Shown here: positions 55,678-64,000 of the stretch, one piece after another
Layout of the letters: each line of letters starts with the position of its first letter
Position numbering within the stretch: position 1 is the first letter of the stretch
Assembly (NCBI GenBank): GCA_030765455.1
Contig: JAVCCM010000101.1
Location: 28,794-92,793, forward strand
DNA from: Candidatus Electryonea clarkiae
GTDB lineage: Bacteria; Electryoneota; Electryoneia; Electryoneales; Electryoneaceae
Direction of reading: 5' to 3'
DNA length: 64,000 nt
The notes under the pieces: generated by a model
Seen by the model: only the letters and a program-made list of their open reading frames with translations
Told to the model about the DNA's origin: nothing
Databases searched by the model: none
Translations under genes and position numbers: made by a program

Positions 55678-58371
55678 ATGGCAGAAGCTACGAAAACAAA
55701 AGAAGACGTTTGGGTCCCGACATGTTGCGGACAGTGTTATTGCATGTGCGGTGTAAAGGTCCGGCGGCAGGACGGAATAGTCACACAAGTCGAGGGAAAT
55801 CCTGATGCGCCTACCGGGCGCGGCTCGATCTGTGCAAAGGGTCTCGCCTCCCCCCACCTCCTTTACGATCCATACCGTGTGAACTATCCACTCAAGCGTA
55901 CTAACCCTGAAAAAGGTCTTGGTGTTGATCCCAAGTTTGAGCGTATCTCCTGGGATGAGGCGTATGATATTATTATCAAGAAACTGAAAGAATGCCAGGA
56001 ACGCGATCCGCGGGGTCTATTCTTCCAGGCAACCACGACCCAGGCATCGGAGATCCGGTTCGGAGTAATCGGGTTCATGAAAGCCTTTGGCACACCCAAT
56101 TACTGGGTATCAGGCGGTGGGCTGCATTGCGGTAATGGCGCCCACTTTATGAACGGAATCATGCATGTATCCTGGTCTATCATTCCTGATTTCGCCAACT
56201 GCAACTACGCTCTGAATTTTGGCTGCTCCAAGGGACATGGCGCGGGTCATGCGGCAATACAAAATGCCACCCAGGTGGCTGACGCCCGTTTCAGGGGCTT
56301 CAAGAACGTAGTCTTTGATCCCTTTATGAGCGCTCAAGCCTCAAAGGGTCACGAGTGGGTTCCCATCCGTGTTGGTACCGATGGCGCCCTTGCCCTGGGG
56401 CTGGTCAATTCCCTGATAAATGAGCACGGTATCTACGATGCCGAATATCTCATGTACAAGACCAATTCTCCTTACCTGATCCGTCCCTCCGACGGGCGGT
56501 ACATGCGTGACAAGGAAACAAATAATCCCCTGGTGTGGGACCTGGTTGACAACAAACCCAGGGTACATAACGATCCATTGGTAACACGTGTCGAGTATGA
56601 GGACGAGGCTCATGAAGTAGCACTTACCGGCACATACAATGTGGACGGTATTGACTGCAAGCCCTCTTTCGAGCTGCTCAAGGAGCATGTAAAGACATAC
56701 ACCCCAGAGTATGTAGAAAAGATTACCTGGGTACCTGCCGCCACAGTAAGCAGGATTGCTAAAGAGTTCGGTGAAGCGGCAGAGATTGGTTCTACCGTAA
56801 CTATTGAGACAGAAAATGGTCCCAAGAAGATTCCCAAGCGACCCGTAGCCACTCATTTCTTCCGTGGTTCCCAGGGTCACGCCAACTCGGGATGGACCTG
56901 CCTGTCAATCGACATGGTGAACCACATCGTTGGCGCAGCCGACACTTACGGCAGCGCACTGGGGCTGGGTGGAACGGTAATGGACGGTTACAAGAAGACC
57001 GGTAAGCCATACCAGATTCCTTACCCCTGCCCGGATGGTCTGCTCACGGCAAAAGCATGGGTATATGATCACACGCCATATCCGTTGCGTGAGCCCAAAC
57101 CTCCTACGCGGCTTGATTTGCACGACATGTTCCCAACATCAATTTACAACGCATTTACTATATGCAGTCCCAAATGGTTTGATATGCTCGAACGGTTCAA
57201 GATCCCGTACCGTCCGGACGTGATGGTCAATTTCGGCTCAAACTCGGTGATGACTATGGGTAACGCTGAGACAGTAACCGAGAATTTCCTTAAGAAGTTC
57301 AAATTCATCTTCTCGTTCCAACTCTATATAACAGAGTTCGAAGAAGCTGTTGCGGACATCGTACTACCTGATGCCTGCTTCCTCGAACGCTTTACACCGG
57401 CGGTCAGTTTCCCCTCCACCTTCTCTCATCCCCAGGGCGAGGACGACTGGGGTTGGACAATCCGGCAGCCTGTGGTGGAACCATTGTACGAACGAAGGGA
57501 TTTCAACAAGGTGATGATTGAAATCAGCAAGCGTTGCGGCATCCTTGGCAAGTATTACAAGGGGCTTAACGATGCTATCCCCATTCGTTACGGTGGTGAA
57601 ATGGAAGAGAAGTACAAACTCACAGAGGACGGCAGCGTTGAGCACTCATGGGAGGATGTCTGCGACCGTCTTGTAAAGGATCGGTTCGGGGAGGAGCATG
57701 ACCTGGAGTACTTCAAGAAACGGGGCGTTTTCACATGGCCCAAGCGTAAAGAAGACGTTTACTGGAAATGGTTTAATCCATCTCGCGTACCGGTTTATTT
57801 CGAGTATTTCATTGATTCAGGGGAAAAGATAACGAAATTATGGAATGAATACGGCGGCAACGATTTCTTCAATTTTGATTGGTCGCGGTTCAAAGCGCTT
57901 GCCGACTGGTTTCCCTGCCCCACTCACGGCGATGACAAGCCCGAGTACGACATGAATACCTTCTACTGGCGTGCCGTGATGCACTGCAACTCGCTGACTC
58001 AGCAGAATCCTTACCTGGATGAATGCGCCCAGGAGGACCCCTATGTCTATGCGATTCAGATGCACAAGGACACTGCTGCGGAAAAAGGCATCGAGGATGG
58101 GGACTACGTCTGGCTTGAAAACCCGGAGGGGCATCGTGTGAAGGGTTGGGTTGCGCTGTGCGAAGGTATTGAACCTCATCACCTCGCTATCGCAGCGGTA
58201 GCGGGACATTGGGGTAAGCACATGCCTATTGCAAAAGGTAAGGGCATATTTTTCAATGATCTCGTTGAAATGGATCTGGAACATACCGATCCTTTGACAT
58301 TCAACCAGGATATCTGTTGCCGTGTCAAGATTTATAAGGCTGACAAGGCTGACGCTGAGCGGCAGGAATAG
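55678..58371 (+). CDS. Molybdopterin (bis-MGD) oxidoreductase catalytic subunit, CISM family, with no Tat signal
   Basis: N-terminal FS0 cluster motif TCCGQCYCMCG...GSICAKG. 897 aa. Partnered with 4Fe-4S and NrfD subunits and FdhD. No RRxFLK motif. Confidence 0.9.
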   Translation: MAEATKTKEDVWVPTCCGQCYCMCGVKVRRQDGIVTQVEGNPDAPTGRGSICAKGLASPHLLYDPYRVNYPLKRTNPEKGLGVDPKFERISWDEAYDIIIKKLKECQERDPRGLFFQATTTQASEIRFGVIGFMKAFGTPNYWVSGGGLHCGNGAHFMNGIMHVSWSIIPDFANCNYALNFGCSKGHGAGHAAIQNATQVADARFRGFKNVVFDPFMSAQASKGHEWVPIRVGTDGALALGLVNSLINEHGIYDAEYLMYKTNSPYLIRPSDGRYMRDKETNNPLVWDLVDNKPRVHNDPLVTRVEYEDEAHEVALTGTYNVDGIDCKPSFELLKEHVKTYTPEYVEKITWVPAATVSRIAKEFGEAAEIGSTVTIETENGPKKIPKRPVATHFFRGSQGHANSGWTCLSIDMVNHIVGAADTYGSALGLGGTVMDGYKKTGKPYQIPYPCPDGLLTAKAWVYDHTPYPLREPKPPTRLDLHDMFPTSIYNAFTICSPKWFDMLERFKIPYRPDVMVNFGSNSVMTMGNAETVTENFLKKFKFIFSFQLYITEFEEAVADIVLPDACFLERFTPAVSFPSTFSHPQGEDDWGWTIRQPVVEPLYERRDFNKVMIEISKRCGILGKYYKGLNDAIPIRYGGEMEEKYKLTEDGSVEHSWEDVCDRLVKDRFGEEHDLEYFKKRGVFTWPKRKEDVYWKWFNPSRVPVYFEYFIDSGEKITKLWNEYGGNDFFNFDWSRFKALADWFPCPTHGDDKPEYDMNTFYWRAVMHCNSLTQQNPYLDECAQEDPYVYAIQMHKDTAAEKGIEDGDYVWLENPEGHRVKGWVALCEGIEPHHLAIAAVAGHWGKHMPIAKGKGIFFNDLVEMDLEHTDPLTFNQDICCRVKIYKADKADAERQE

Positions 58372-58396
58372 TCTAAGAGGAACTGGAGTTATTTAA

Positions 58397-59023
58397 ATGC
58401 CACAATACGGAATGGTTATCGACCTCAAAAGGTGTTACGGTTGTTACGCCTGTGTCATGGCTTGCAAGGTGAAAAACCACACACCACCCAGCGTTTTCTG
58501 GGCACGCCTTCTGAAAGGCGAACGGGGCAAGTTCCCCAACACAATGCGGCAGGCTCTTCCTGTCTTGTGCATGCACTGTGACGAACCCTCCTGTCTGGAG
58601 GTATGTCCCACGGGTGCAACACAGCAGTTGGACAATGGCATCGTGATCGTGGATAAGGACAAATGCATGGGATGTAAAGCCTGTATTATGGCTTGTCCCT
58701 ATGGCGCCAGGTATTCAGTGGAAAAATGGGAGAGCTATTTTCCTGATGGACTTCCACTCTCTGAATATGAGGAGTTTGCGAAGAAACACTGGGATGATAA
58801 TTCCGGCTGTGGCGTTGCTACAAAGTGCGATTTTTGTCTCGACCTGCTCAATGAAGGCAAACTACCGGCATGCGTGGAAGCCTGCGCTGCCAATGCCCGG
58901 ACATTTGGCGACCTCGATGACCCGGACAGCGAGATATCCGTGTTGATCAGGAAATACAGGGGAGAGGTGCTGAATCCTGAATTAGGTAATAAACCAAAGG
59001 TCTATTACCTCGCCCCGAGGTAA
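58397..59023 (+). CDS. 4Fe-4S ferredoxin-type electron-transfer subunit (PsrB/NrfC/DmsB-like)
   Basis: Four Cys clusters (CYGCYACVMACK, CMHCDEPSCLEVCP, CMGCKACIMACP, CDFCLDLLNEGKLPACVEAC). Confidence 0.9.
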   Translation: MPQYGMVIDLKRCYGCYACVMACKVKNHTPPSVFWARLLKGERGKFPNTMRQALPVLCMHCDEPSCLEVCPTGATQQLDNGIVIVDKDKCMGCKACIMACPYGARYSVEKWESYFPDGLPLSEYEEFAKKHWDDNSGCGVATKCDFCLDLLNEGKLPACVEACAANARTFGDLDDPDSEISVLIRKYRGEVLNPELGNKPKVYYLAPR

Positions 59024-59024
59024 A

Positions 59025-59115
59025 GTAGATCCCTTTCGTTGAAAGGGATTTATGTTGGACAGGTTAGGTTCTTTCGTTTATAAATTCAAATCCTTTTCAA
59101 CGGAAGGGATCTACT
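59025..59115. repeat. Nested palindrome between the FeS and membrane-subunit genes: outer arms AGTAGATCCC/GGGATCTACT enclosing two hairpins ATCCCTTTCgttgGAAAGGGAT and ATCCTTTTCaacgGAAGGGAT
   Basis: Read directly from the sequence. Confidence 0.5.
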
Positions 59116-59178
59116 GAACAACTAATAAATAGTCTTGAAGAAGTAGTAGATATTTAGCAAGAAAGTGAGAGAGGTATC

Positions 59179-60147
59179 ATGGATCCGAAAGTCAATGGTC
59201 AGTTGCAGAAGGATTGGGGTTTGTTGCTTGCGATCTACCTGTTCCTCGGCGGTGTCGGCGGAGGAGCTTATACTATTGCTGCCATCAACAGCTTCCTTGG
59301 CAAGAGCATGGAGTTATCCACTACAATAGGTTTGTGGATCGGATTTCCGGCGCTGCTTATAGGAAGTGTCATTCTGATTGCCGACCTGGGAAATCCAGGC
59401 AAATTCATCCTCGCCGGTTTAAAACCAGGGACTTCCTGGATAGCCCGGGGAGTATGGATAATTTCTCTCTTTATGGTTTTTTCCTTTTTGCATCTCGTCC
59501 TCCATCAGTTCACGGAGATAAGCAAAACCGCAACCGGTATGAACGTCATTGCGATTCTCGGAATCATATTTGCGATCCTGACCATGGCTTACACCGGGAT
59601 TCTGCTCGGGACATCCAAAGGTATCCCTTTCTGGCGTTCCGGGATGGTGCCCGTACTATTTGTCGTCTCAGCCCTGGTAACCGGGCATTTCTCAATCATG
59701 CTTGGTATGGTGATCTTTAACGAGGGAGCAGCGACTGTGTCTCAGCTTAGTTTCATGGCTGTCGAAGCTGTAGTGGTTGTCGTTGTTGAAGTGCTGGCTA
59801 TCCTGTTTTTTCTCCAGGCAGCGTACAGGCAGCCGGATGCCAGGGAATCGGTAGAACGGATTATGCGCAAGACAATTTTCATAGTTGGCTACTTTATCAT
59901 GGGACTCGGTGTTCCGTTGGTACTTATGCTGATCCTGCGCTATGCCATGACTGAATCGGGACTGAGCGCAGTCCTTGGAGTTGCATTCATTGGCGCCCTG
60001 CTCGGGTTGATCGGCGGTCTCTTGTTAAGGCTGGCAATATTGATCACCGGCGCATTACCAACATTGAACATGGCAGGATTCCAGTTCCGCCGTATTGCAA
60101 GACCCAAAGATCTGAAACCGGGCATAGGCTTGACACCTCCACAATAA
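59179..60147 (+). CDS. NrfD/PsrC-family polytopic membrane anchor subunit
   Basis: LFLGGVGGGAY motif and about 8 TM helices. 322 aa. Confidence 0.85.
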   Translation: MDPKVNGQLQKDWGLLLAIYLFLGGVGGGAYTIAAINSFLGKSMELSTTIGLWIGFPALLIGSVILIADLGNPGKFILAGLKPGTSWIARGVWIISLFMVFSFLHLVLHQFTEISKTATGMNVIAILGIIFAILTMAYTGILLGTSKGIPFWRSGMVPVLFVVSALVTGHFSIMLGMVIFNEGAATVSQLSFMAVEAVVVVVVEVLAILFFLQAAYRQPDARESVERIMRKTIFIVGYFIMGLGVPLVLMLILRYAMTESGLSAVLGVAFIGALLGLIGGLLLRLAILITGALPTLNMAGFQFRRIARPKDLKPGIGLTPPQ

Positions 60148-60171
60148 AGAGTTTTAAAAACTGAGGATGGA

Positions 60172-60224
60172 GCTCCGTACCCATAGTATAGGACAATTCA
60201 ACAAAGTCTGGATGGGTACGGAGC
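60172..60224. repeat. 13 bp inverted repeat GCTCCGTACCCAT/ATGGGTACGGAGC with a 28 nt loop between the NrfD-like gene and fdhD
   Basis: Read directly from the sequence. Confidence 0.45.
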
Positions 60225-60258
60225 CCCGTCCTCCTAACCTGATATTCTTAAGCCTGTA

Positions 60259-61083
60259 ATGGACAATTCAAACAAACATCTTGATGTTATCCACACGGTA
60301 AAAGCTCACCGCATTTCAACAACGGATCCTGTAGAACCTCCAGTTGATGAAGAGGTGAGTGTCATTGTCGAAACACCGCTGCATATTGATGTTGAGGGTA
60401 TCGAGACGTACACAATTTTGTGTACTCCAATGGATAAACTCGCTATGGCGGCAGGATTTCTTTTCTCTGAGGGTGTGATTACAAGCCTGGATGATTTGTC
60501 CTTGATCGAGGAATGCGAGGATGATCCTGATGTAGTACGTATTAAGCTAACCGCTGACATACCCCAAATCATGGATCCGGGGCGCAACTTGCTGATCACC
60601 TCTTCCTGCGGAGTCTGTGGAACCGAAGAGTTTTACAAAAAGCTGGATGCCCTGCCAAAAGTTGATGACTCGCTGCGCATTGAGAAAAAGATGCTGCGTT
60701 CAGCTATGCAGGATATTTCCGGGATACAACCTCTTTTTGATACCTGCGGCGGCACACATTTAGTTGCGATTCTTGACAGCGATGGGAAAATCATAGCCCA
60801 TGCTGAGGATACGGGAAGGCATAACGCACTTGACAAGGTAGTTGGTATGTGCCTGTTCGAGGGTGTGTCTTTTGTTGGCAATTGGGTTGTACTGTCCAGT
60901 CGAGTCAGCCTGGAGATGGTCAGTAAATGTGCAAGGGCGGGAATCGAGCTAATCTCCGCTATATCCGCACCTACTTCACTTGCTATTGAAATGGCGGAGC
61001 GTTGCGGAATCACGCTTTGTGCTTTCGTACGAAAAAACCGGGCGACCGTATTTACACATCCCGAACGCATTATTAAGAGTTGA
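60259..61083 (+). CDS. fdhD: FdhD/NarQ-family sulfurtransferase (formate dehydrogenase accessory protein)
   Basis: SSCGVCG catalytic Cys motif, GGTHLVA and GRHNALDKVVG. 274 aa. Confidence 0.85.
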   Translation: MDNSNKHLDVIHTVKAHRISTTDPVEPPVDEEVSVIVETPLHIDVEGIETYTILCTPMDKLAMAAGFLFSEGVITSLDDLSLIEECEDDPDVVRIKLTADIPQIMDPGRNLLITSSCGVCGTEEFYKKLDALPKVDDSLRIEKKMLRSAMQDISGIQPLFDTCGGTHLVAILDSDGKIIAHAEDTGRHNALDKVVGMCLFEGVSFVGNWVVLSSRVSLEMVSKCARAGIELISAISAPTSLAIEMAERCGITLCAFVRKNRATVFTHPERIIKS

Positions 61084-61298
61084 CATATTAAGAAAGTACT
61101 GTATCCTATTCTGGATAAAGCTTAATAGAAACCTACCGATAAGTCAAAAACCTAAAGATTACAGGATACAAGGATATTTAGGATACACAGAATTTTTCTC
61201 TGTGCGCTTGAGGGGGTGCCCGGGACAGCTCGATGTCCCGGTTTATCAATATTTTCCGTATTGAATAGCCGGACAATATTTTCGAGAACCACTATAAC

Positions 61299-61327
61299 CA
61301 AAAAAAAGACCGGTTGCCCGGTCTTTA
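61299..61327 (-). terminator. Rho-independent terminator for the minus-strand gene 61445..61810: AAAGACCGGGCAACCGGUCUUUUUUUU
   Basis: GC-rich 7 bp stem, 4 nt loop, U8 tract on the minus strand. Confidence 0.7.
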
Positions 61328-61444
61328 AGGTGGTGATTATATCCGCAGATAATAAAGGGAATTAGCGCCCTGATGTGGTGGTGTGGTGTGGTGTGGTACT
61401 ATCTGCAATATGTCACCGATTTATGATAAATGGTAGAAATAGAA

Positions 61445-61810
61445 TCAATCCACTCGTTTCGATTTCTGCCTCTTTGAGATGCAACATCTCGCCCCGAACT
61501 TGGGATCGTAAAATATATGCGATGGCTGATCGATGATGAGTTTTACATCATTACCATTATTGTCAGCCTTAAAGTTCGGATCTGTTGCATCCGGTAATTC
61601 ATAAGGAATAAATCCAGTCTGGGACAGGAAATATCCTTGCAGAATTTCCGCTTTCTTTACGGGATTGAAATTATCTACCGGAATAGGCGGTTCGGAACTG
61701 ATTGTCGACAGGACCTTCCAGTCGATTTCACCTTTTCCAAACGAGGTGGAAACGAGCAGGAATGCTAAAGCAACAACCAGTAATACGTGTGTCTTTCTCT
61801 TGAACAACAT
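61445..61810 (-). CDS. Small secreted hypothetical protein (121 aa, signal peptide)
   Basis: Strong RBS AAAGGAGGA. N-terminal hydrophobic signal sequence. Confidence 0.6.
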   Translation of the reverse strand: MLFKRKTHVLLVVALAFLLVSTSFGKGEIDWKVLSTISSEPPIPVDNFNPVKKAEILQGYFLSQTGFIPYELPDATDPNFKADNNGNDVKLIIDQPSHIFYDPKFGARCCISKRQKSKRVD

Positions 61811-62130
61811 GATATCCTCCTTTTACCTGGGTCAAAATCTGTCCTGAACTTCTACGAAGGAAATATGCAATGGGTGTGCCAGAAAGACAACTGATTAACA
61901 TGAGCTGACCATAAAGGGCTGTATTATAAAAGGATAGGCTTGGTTTGTGTGGCTGATAAGATATCAAAATTGCCGGTTTCGGTCTTATGAATCTGATATT
62001 ATTGCGACAATGCTACATGAATCGATAATACCGGTATTGATTCGCTACTCAGATAATATTTTATAATCCTGAATTGATATGAAGAACTGAGCCCGGCATT
62101 AACAAATCAGAAAAGCCATAGTTTCAATTA

Positions 62131-63630
62131 TCAAATCAATGCGCTTCCGCCAAAAAATTCACGAAGAATACTTGTACGGGGAACGTAATCGTCGGTCCAA
62201 TCCCTCGGAAGCTCCACGACAGCATCAAGCAAACTTTTCAAGCGGTTTGCTTCCGTTTTCAATTCAGGGTTATTAACTTCATCAAGCACTTCGCCGGCGA
62301 GTGGTTTCAACGCATTCAATTCATAGGGCAGCGCTGAATTGAACATCACATCTGCCTCTTCCTGGTGAGGGAAAATATGTGCTTTCTCGCCTCTGCGAAC
62401 TGAATCCCATCTTGAAAGAGTATCTTCCGCAGAATAACCTCGCGAAAAACGGTCACGAACGATCCGCCTGATAAGCCGGAGATCAGTTGTTGAGACGCGG
62501 CTTAGTTTATCGAGATTAAGATGATTCAAGGCTGAAACAAAAACTTTGAAAACACTTGGTGCTGTCAGATGAGGAGTAAGGGCTGGATTAAGTCCGTGCA
62601 TACCCTCAACTATCAGAATACCGTCCATGTCCAGTTTAAGCGGTGGTCCCTGTTCCCGCTTGTGAGTTTCGAAATTCAGGATCGGAGGATGAATTTCTTC
62701 CCCGGCAACCAGCCTTATCAGGTTTTCATTAAACAGTTCAACATCAATAGCGTCAAGTGTTTCATAATCCGGATCACCGGATTCATCGACGGGAATTATG
62801 TTGCGTGGCAGATAATAGTTATCAAGGCTCATTGTTTTAGGATGTAATCCAAGTACTCTTAGCTGCACTAATAACAGCTTTGAAAAGCTTGTCTTTCCCG
62901 AACTCGAAGGTCCGCTGATCAAGACTACTTTAGGACGGGGCTGCATAAGGGTGATTTGATCAGCAATCAGGGCGATTTTTCTTGCATGTAAAGCCTCAGC
63001 GACCTGGACAAACTCAAACATCTCACCGGATCTTATCACTCTATTAACATCGCTGATGTAGGAAGCGCCGTGTATCATCCCCCATCGTGATGCTTCGAAA
63101 AATGATCTGAATAATGTTGGTCTTTCACAAAACGGCGGCAATTGATCATGACTGAAAGGCGCCACCAACATCAGTATCCCTGGTGGATAAGGAATCAGAT
63201 CCCAGACTCCTGCATCCGAGGTGGTATCCGACAATTGACCTTTGAAGGCAAGGAGTCCATAGGTGCTTTCGTAGAAATATGGAAGACTGCCATCCATGTC
63301 ATGCACCCAGTTCCATGTGTCTTCTTTACCGGGTTGATCAAGCTTTTCAAGTGCTTCTTCTCGAGATAAATGAGCTTGCTTCAATGCGCGGTTTTCATCA
63401 ACTTTTCGGAGCATTACCTGTTTAATTTTCTCAACTTCGGCTGGGAGGATAGCATGATGATTTTTAAACTGGTAGAAAAAGGCATCCCCTATTCGGTACA
63501 AAACGGACGCAAATCCTGAACCGAATGTTTCTCGATACGCCTCGTAGAGAAGAAAAGTTCTCGTTCGCTGCCGACGTCGTTCTTCCTTTAATAATATAAA
63601 ATCAGAATCTGGTTGTATATTTTCGCTCAT
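62131..63630 (-). CDS. PRK/uridine-kinase family P-loop nucleoside kinase-like protein with an N-terminal extension domain (499 aa)
   Basis: Walker A ISGPSSSGKTSFSK. Uridine kinase-like DNYYLPRN...ILIVEGMHGLNP. Confidence 0.75.
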   Translation of the reverse strand: MSENIQPDSDFILLKEERRRQRTRTFLLYEAYRETFGSGFASVLYRIGDAFFYQFKNHHAILPAEVEKIKQVMLRKVDENRALKQAHLSREEALEKLDQPGKEDTWNWVHDMDGSLPYFYESTYGLLAFKGQLSDTTSDAGVWDLIPYPPGILMLVAPFSHDQLPPFCERPTLFRSFFEASRWGMIHGASYISDVNRVIRSGEMFEFVQVAEALHARKIALIADQITLMQPRPKVVLISGPSSSGKTSFSKLLLVQLRVLGLHPKTMSLDNYYLPRNIIPVDESGDPDYETLDAIDVELFNENLIRLVAGEEIHPPILNFETHKREQGPPLKLDMDGILIVEGMHGLNPALTPHLTAPSVFKVFVSALNHLNLDKLSRVSTTDLRLIRRIVRDRFSRGYSAEDTLSRWDSVRRGEKAHIFPHQEEADVMFNSALPYELNALKPLAGEVLDEVNNPELKTEANRLKSLLDAVVELPRDWTDDYVPRTSILREFFGGSALI

Positions 63631-63850
63631 TTAACAATGCTTTCAGGATAAGAAAAGTAAGCCTCTCTCATCTGTATTTGGTTAAGGATTATTAGTCACA
63701 CTATAAAACTGTTCTTATTATGATAGATTGGAGTATCTATTTGTAGTCTTTAGTCTCGCCGTCTGGTTTCCTCGATATTCACGACCCGTTGGAATTAGTC
63801 TGCTGATAATTCTTTGAGTCAATCAATAGCAAATCCGGAATATTAGCTGT

Positions 63851-64000
63851 TACCGGTCTTTCCACTTTGGACTTCTACCTTCAAGAATTGCTTTGATTCC
63901 TTCACGAGCATCATGGCTGGTCAGCAATTCACTCATATAGATATTTTCCGTGGTACGGATAGCGACAAGCACTTTTTCGTAAAGCGCCGATTCGATTGCT
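63851..64000 (-). CDS. C-terminal fragment of an enoyl-CoA hydratase/isomerase (crotonase) family protein; the gene starts beyond the right window edge
   Basis: Minus-strand translation ...AIESALYEKVLVAIRTTENIYMSELLTSHDAREGIKAILEGRSPKWKDR* resembles the crotonase C-terminus. Confidence 0.5.

Noticed and set aside
56341-57123. Several 70-180 aa minus-strand ORFs inside the molybdopterin subunit gene (similar ones inside porU, the sensor kinase, the helicase and others)
   Set aside because: Antisense to long, well-supported genes with conserved motifs.

Overview
The window is a 64 kb bacterial chromosomal segment. Its gene content (PorU/PorV type IX secretion genes, several T9SS C-terminal-domain cargo proteins, an ECF sigma/anti-sigma/LTXXQ triad, a TPP-riboswitch-controlled TonB receptor) points to a member of the FCB superphylum. 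GC looks mid-range, apart from one AT-rich island. Long ORFs that run off a window edge are absent from the ORF track, so I found the left-edge gene by translating the minus strand by hand.

Core housekeeping genes:
- aldehyde dehydrogenase (+)
- dapB-dapA, glnB(P-II)-glnA, ychF (-)
- the conserved ffh-rpsP-rimM-trmD-rplS operon (-); rpsP carries a ~190 aa K/E/A-rich tail
- a heptose-1-P adenylyltransferase, a CorC/HlyC transporter, pfkA, fbaA, an Omp85/TamA-like protein and dinB

More interesting regions:
1. A RecQ-family helicase fused to a ComFC-like PRTase domain sits 13 nt upstream of a DprA/Smf Rossmann protein (8.6-11.7 kb). This looks like a ComFA-ComFC-DprA-style DNA-processing module.
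2. An AT-rich type II restriction-modification island (31.4-34.1 kb). Its SPPY methyltransferase has a degenerate C-terminal SNase-like domain and overlaps a PD-(D/E)xK endonuclease gene; a DUF2442 gene follows.
3. A TPP riboswitch upstream of a TonB-dependent receptor (36.7 kb).
4. About 5 copies of a 49 bp tandem repeat with an adjacent 18 bp hairpin between that receptor and dinB, and a 28 bp inverted repeat on the other side of dinB.
5. A T9SS locus (39.7-54.9 kb). It holds porU (C25 peptidase) and porV, a 1065 aa M6-like pseudopeptidase + FG-GAP + CTD cargo protein, and an unusual Omp85-barrel protein with an N-terminal HExxH (Peptidase_MA-like) domain and PD40 propeller repeats. Two paralogous small outer-membrane proteins with a PGxGQ motif and a small CTD cargo gene complete it. 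Copies of a dispersed REP-like palindrome (GTCATTCCYGCGAAGGCGGGAATCC) are interspersed.
6. A Tat-less molybdopterin oxidoreductase operon (catalytic + 4Fe-4S + NrfD-type membrane subunit + FdhD, 55.7-61.1 kb) with nested palindromes in its intergenic spacers.

No rRNA, tRNA or CRISPR array was found.
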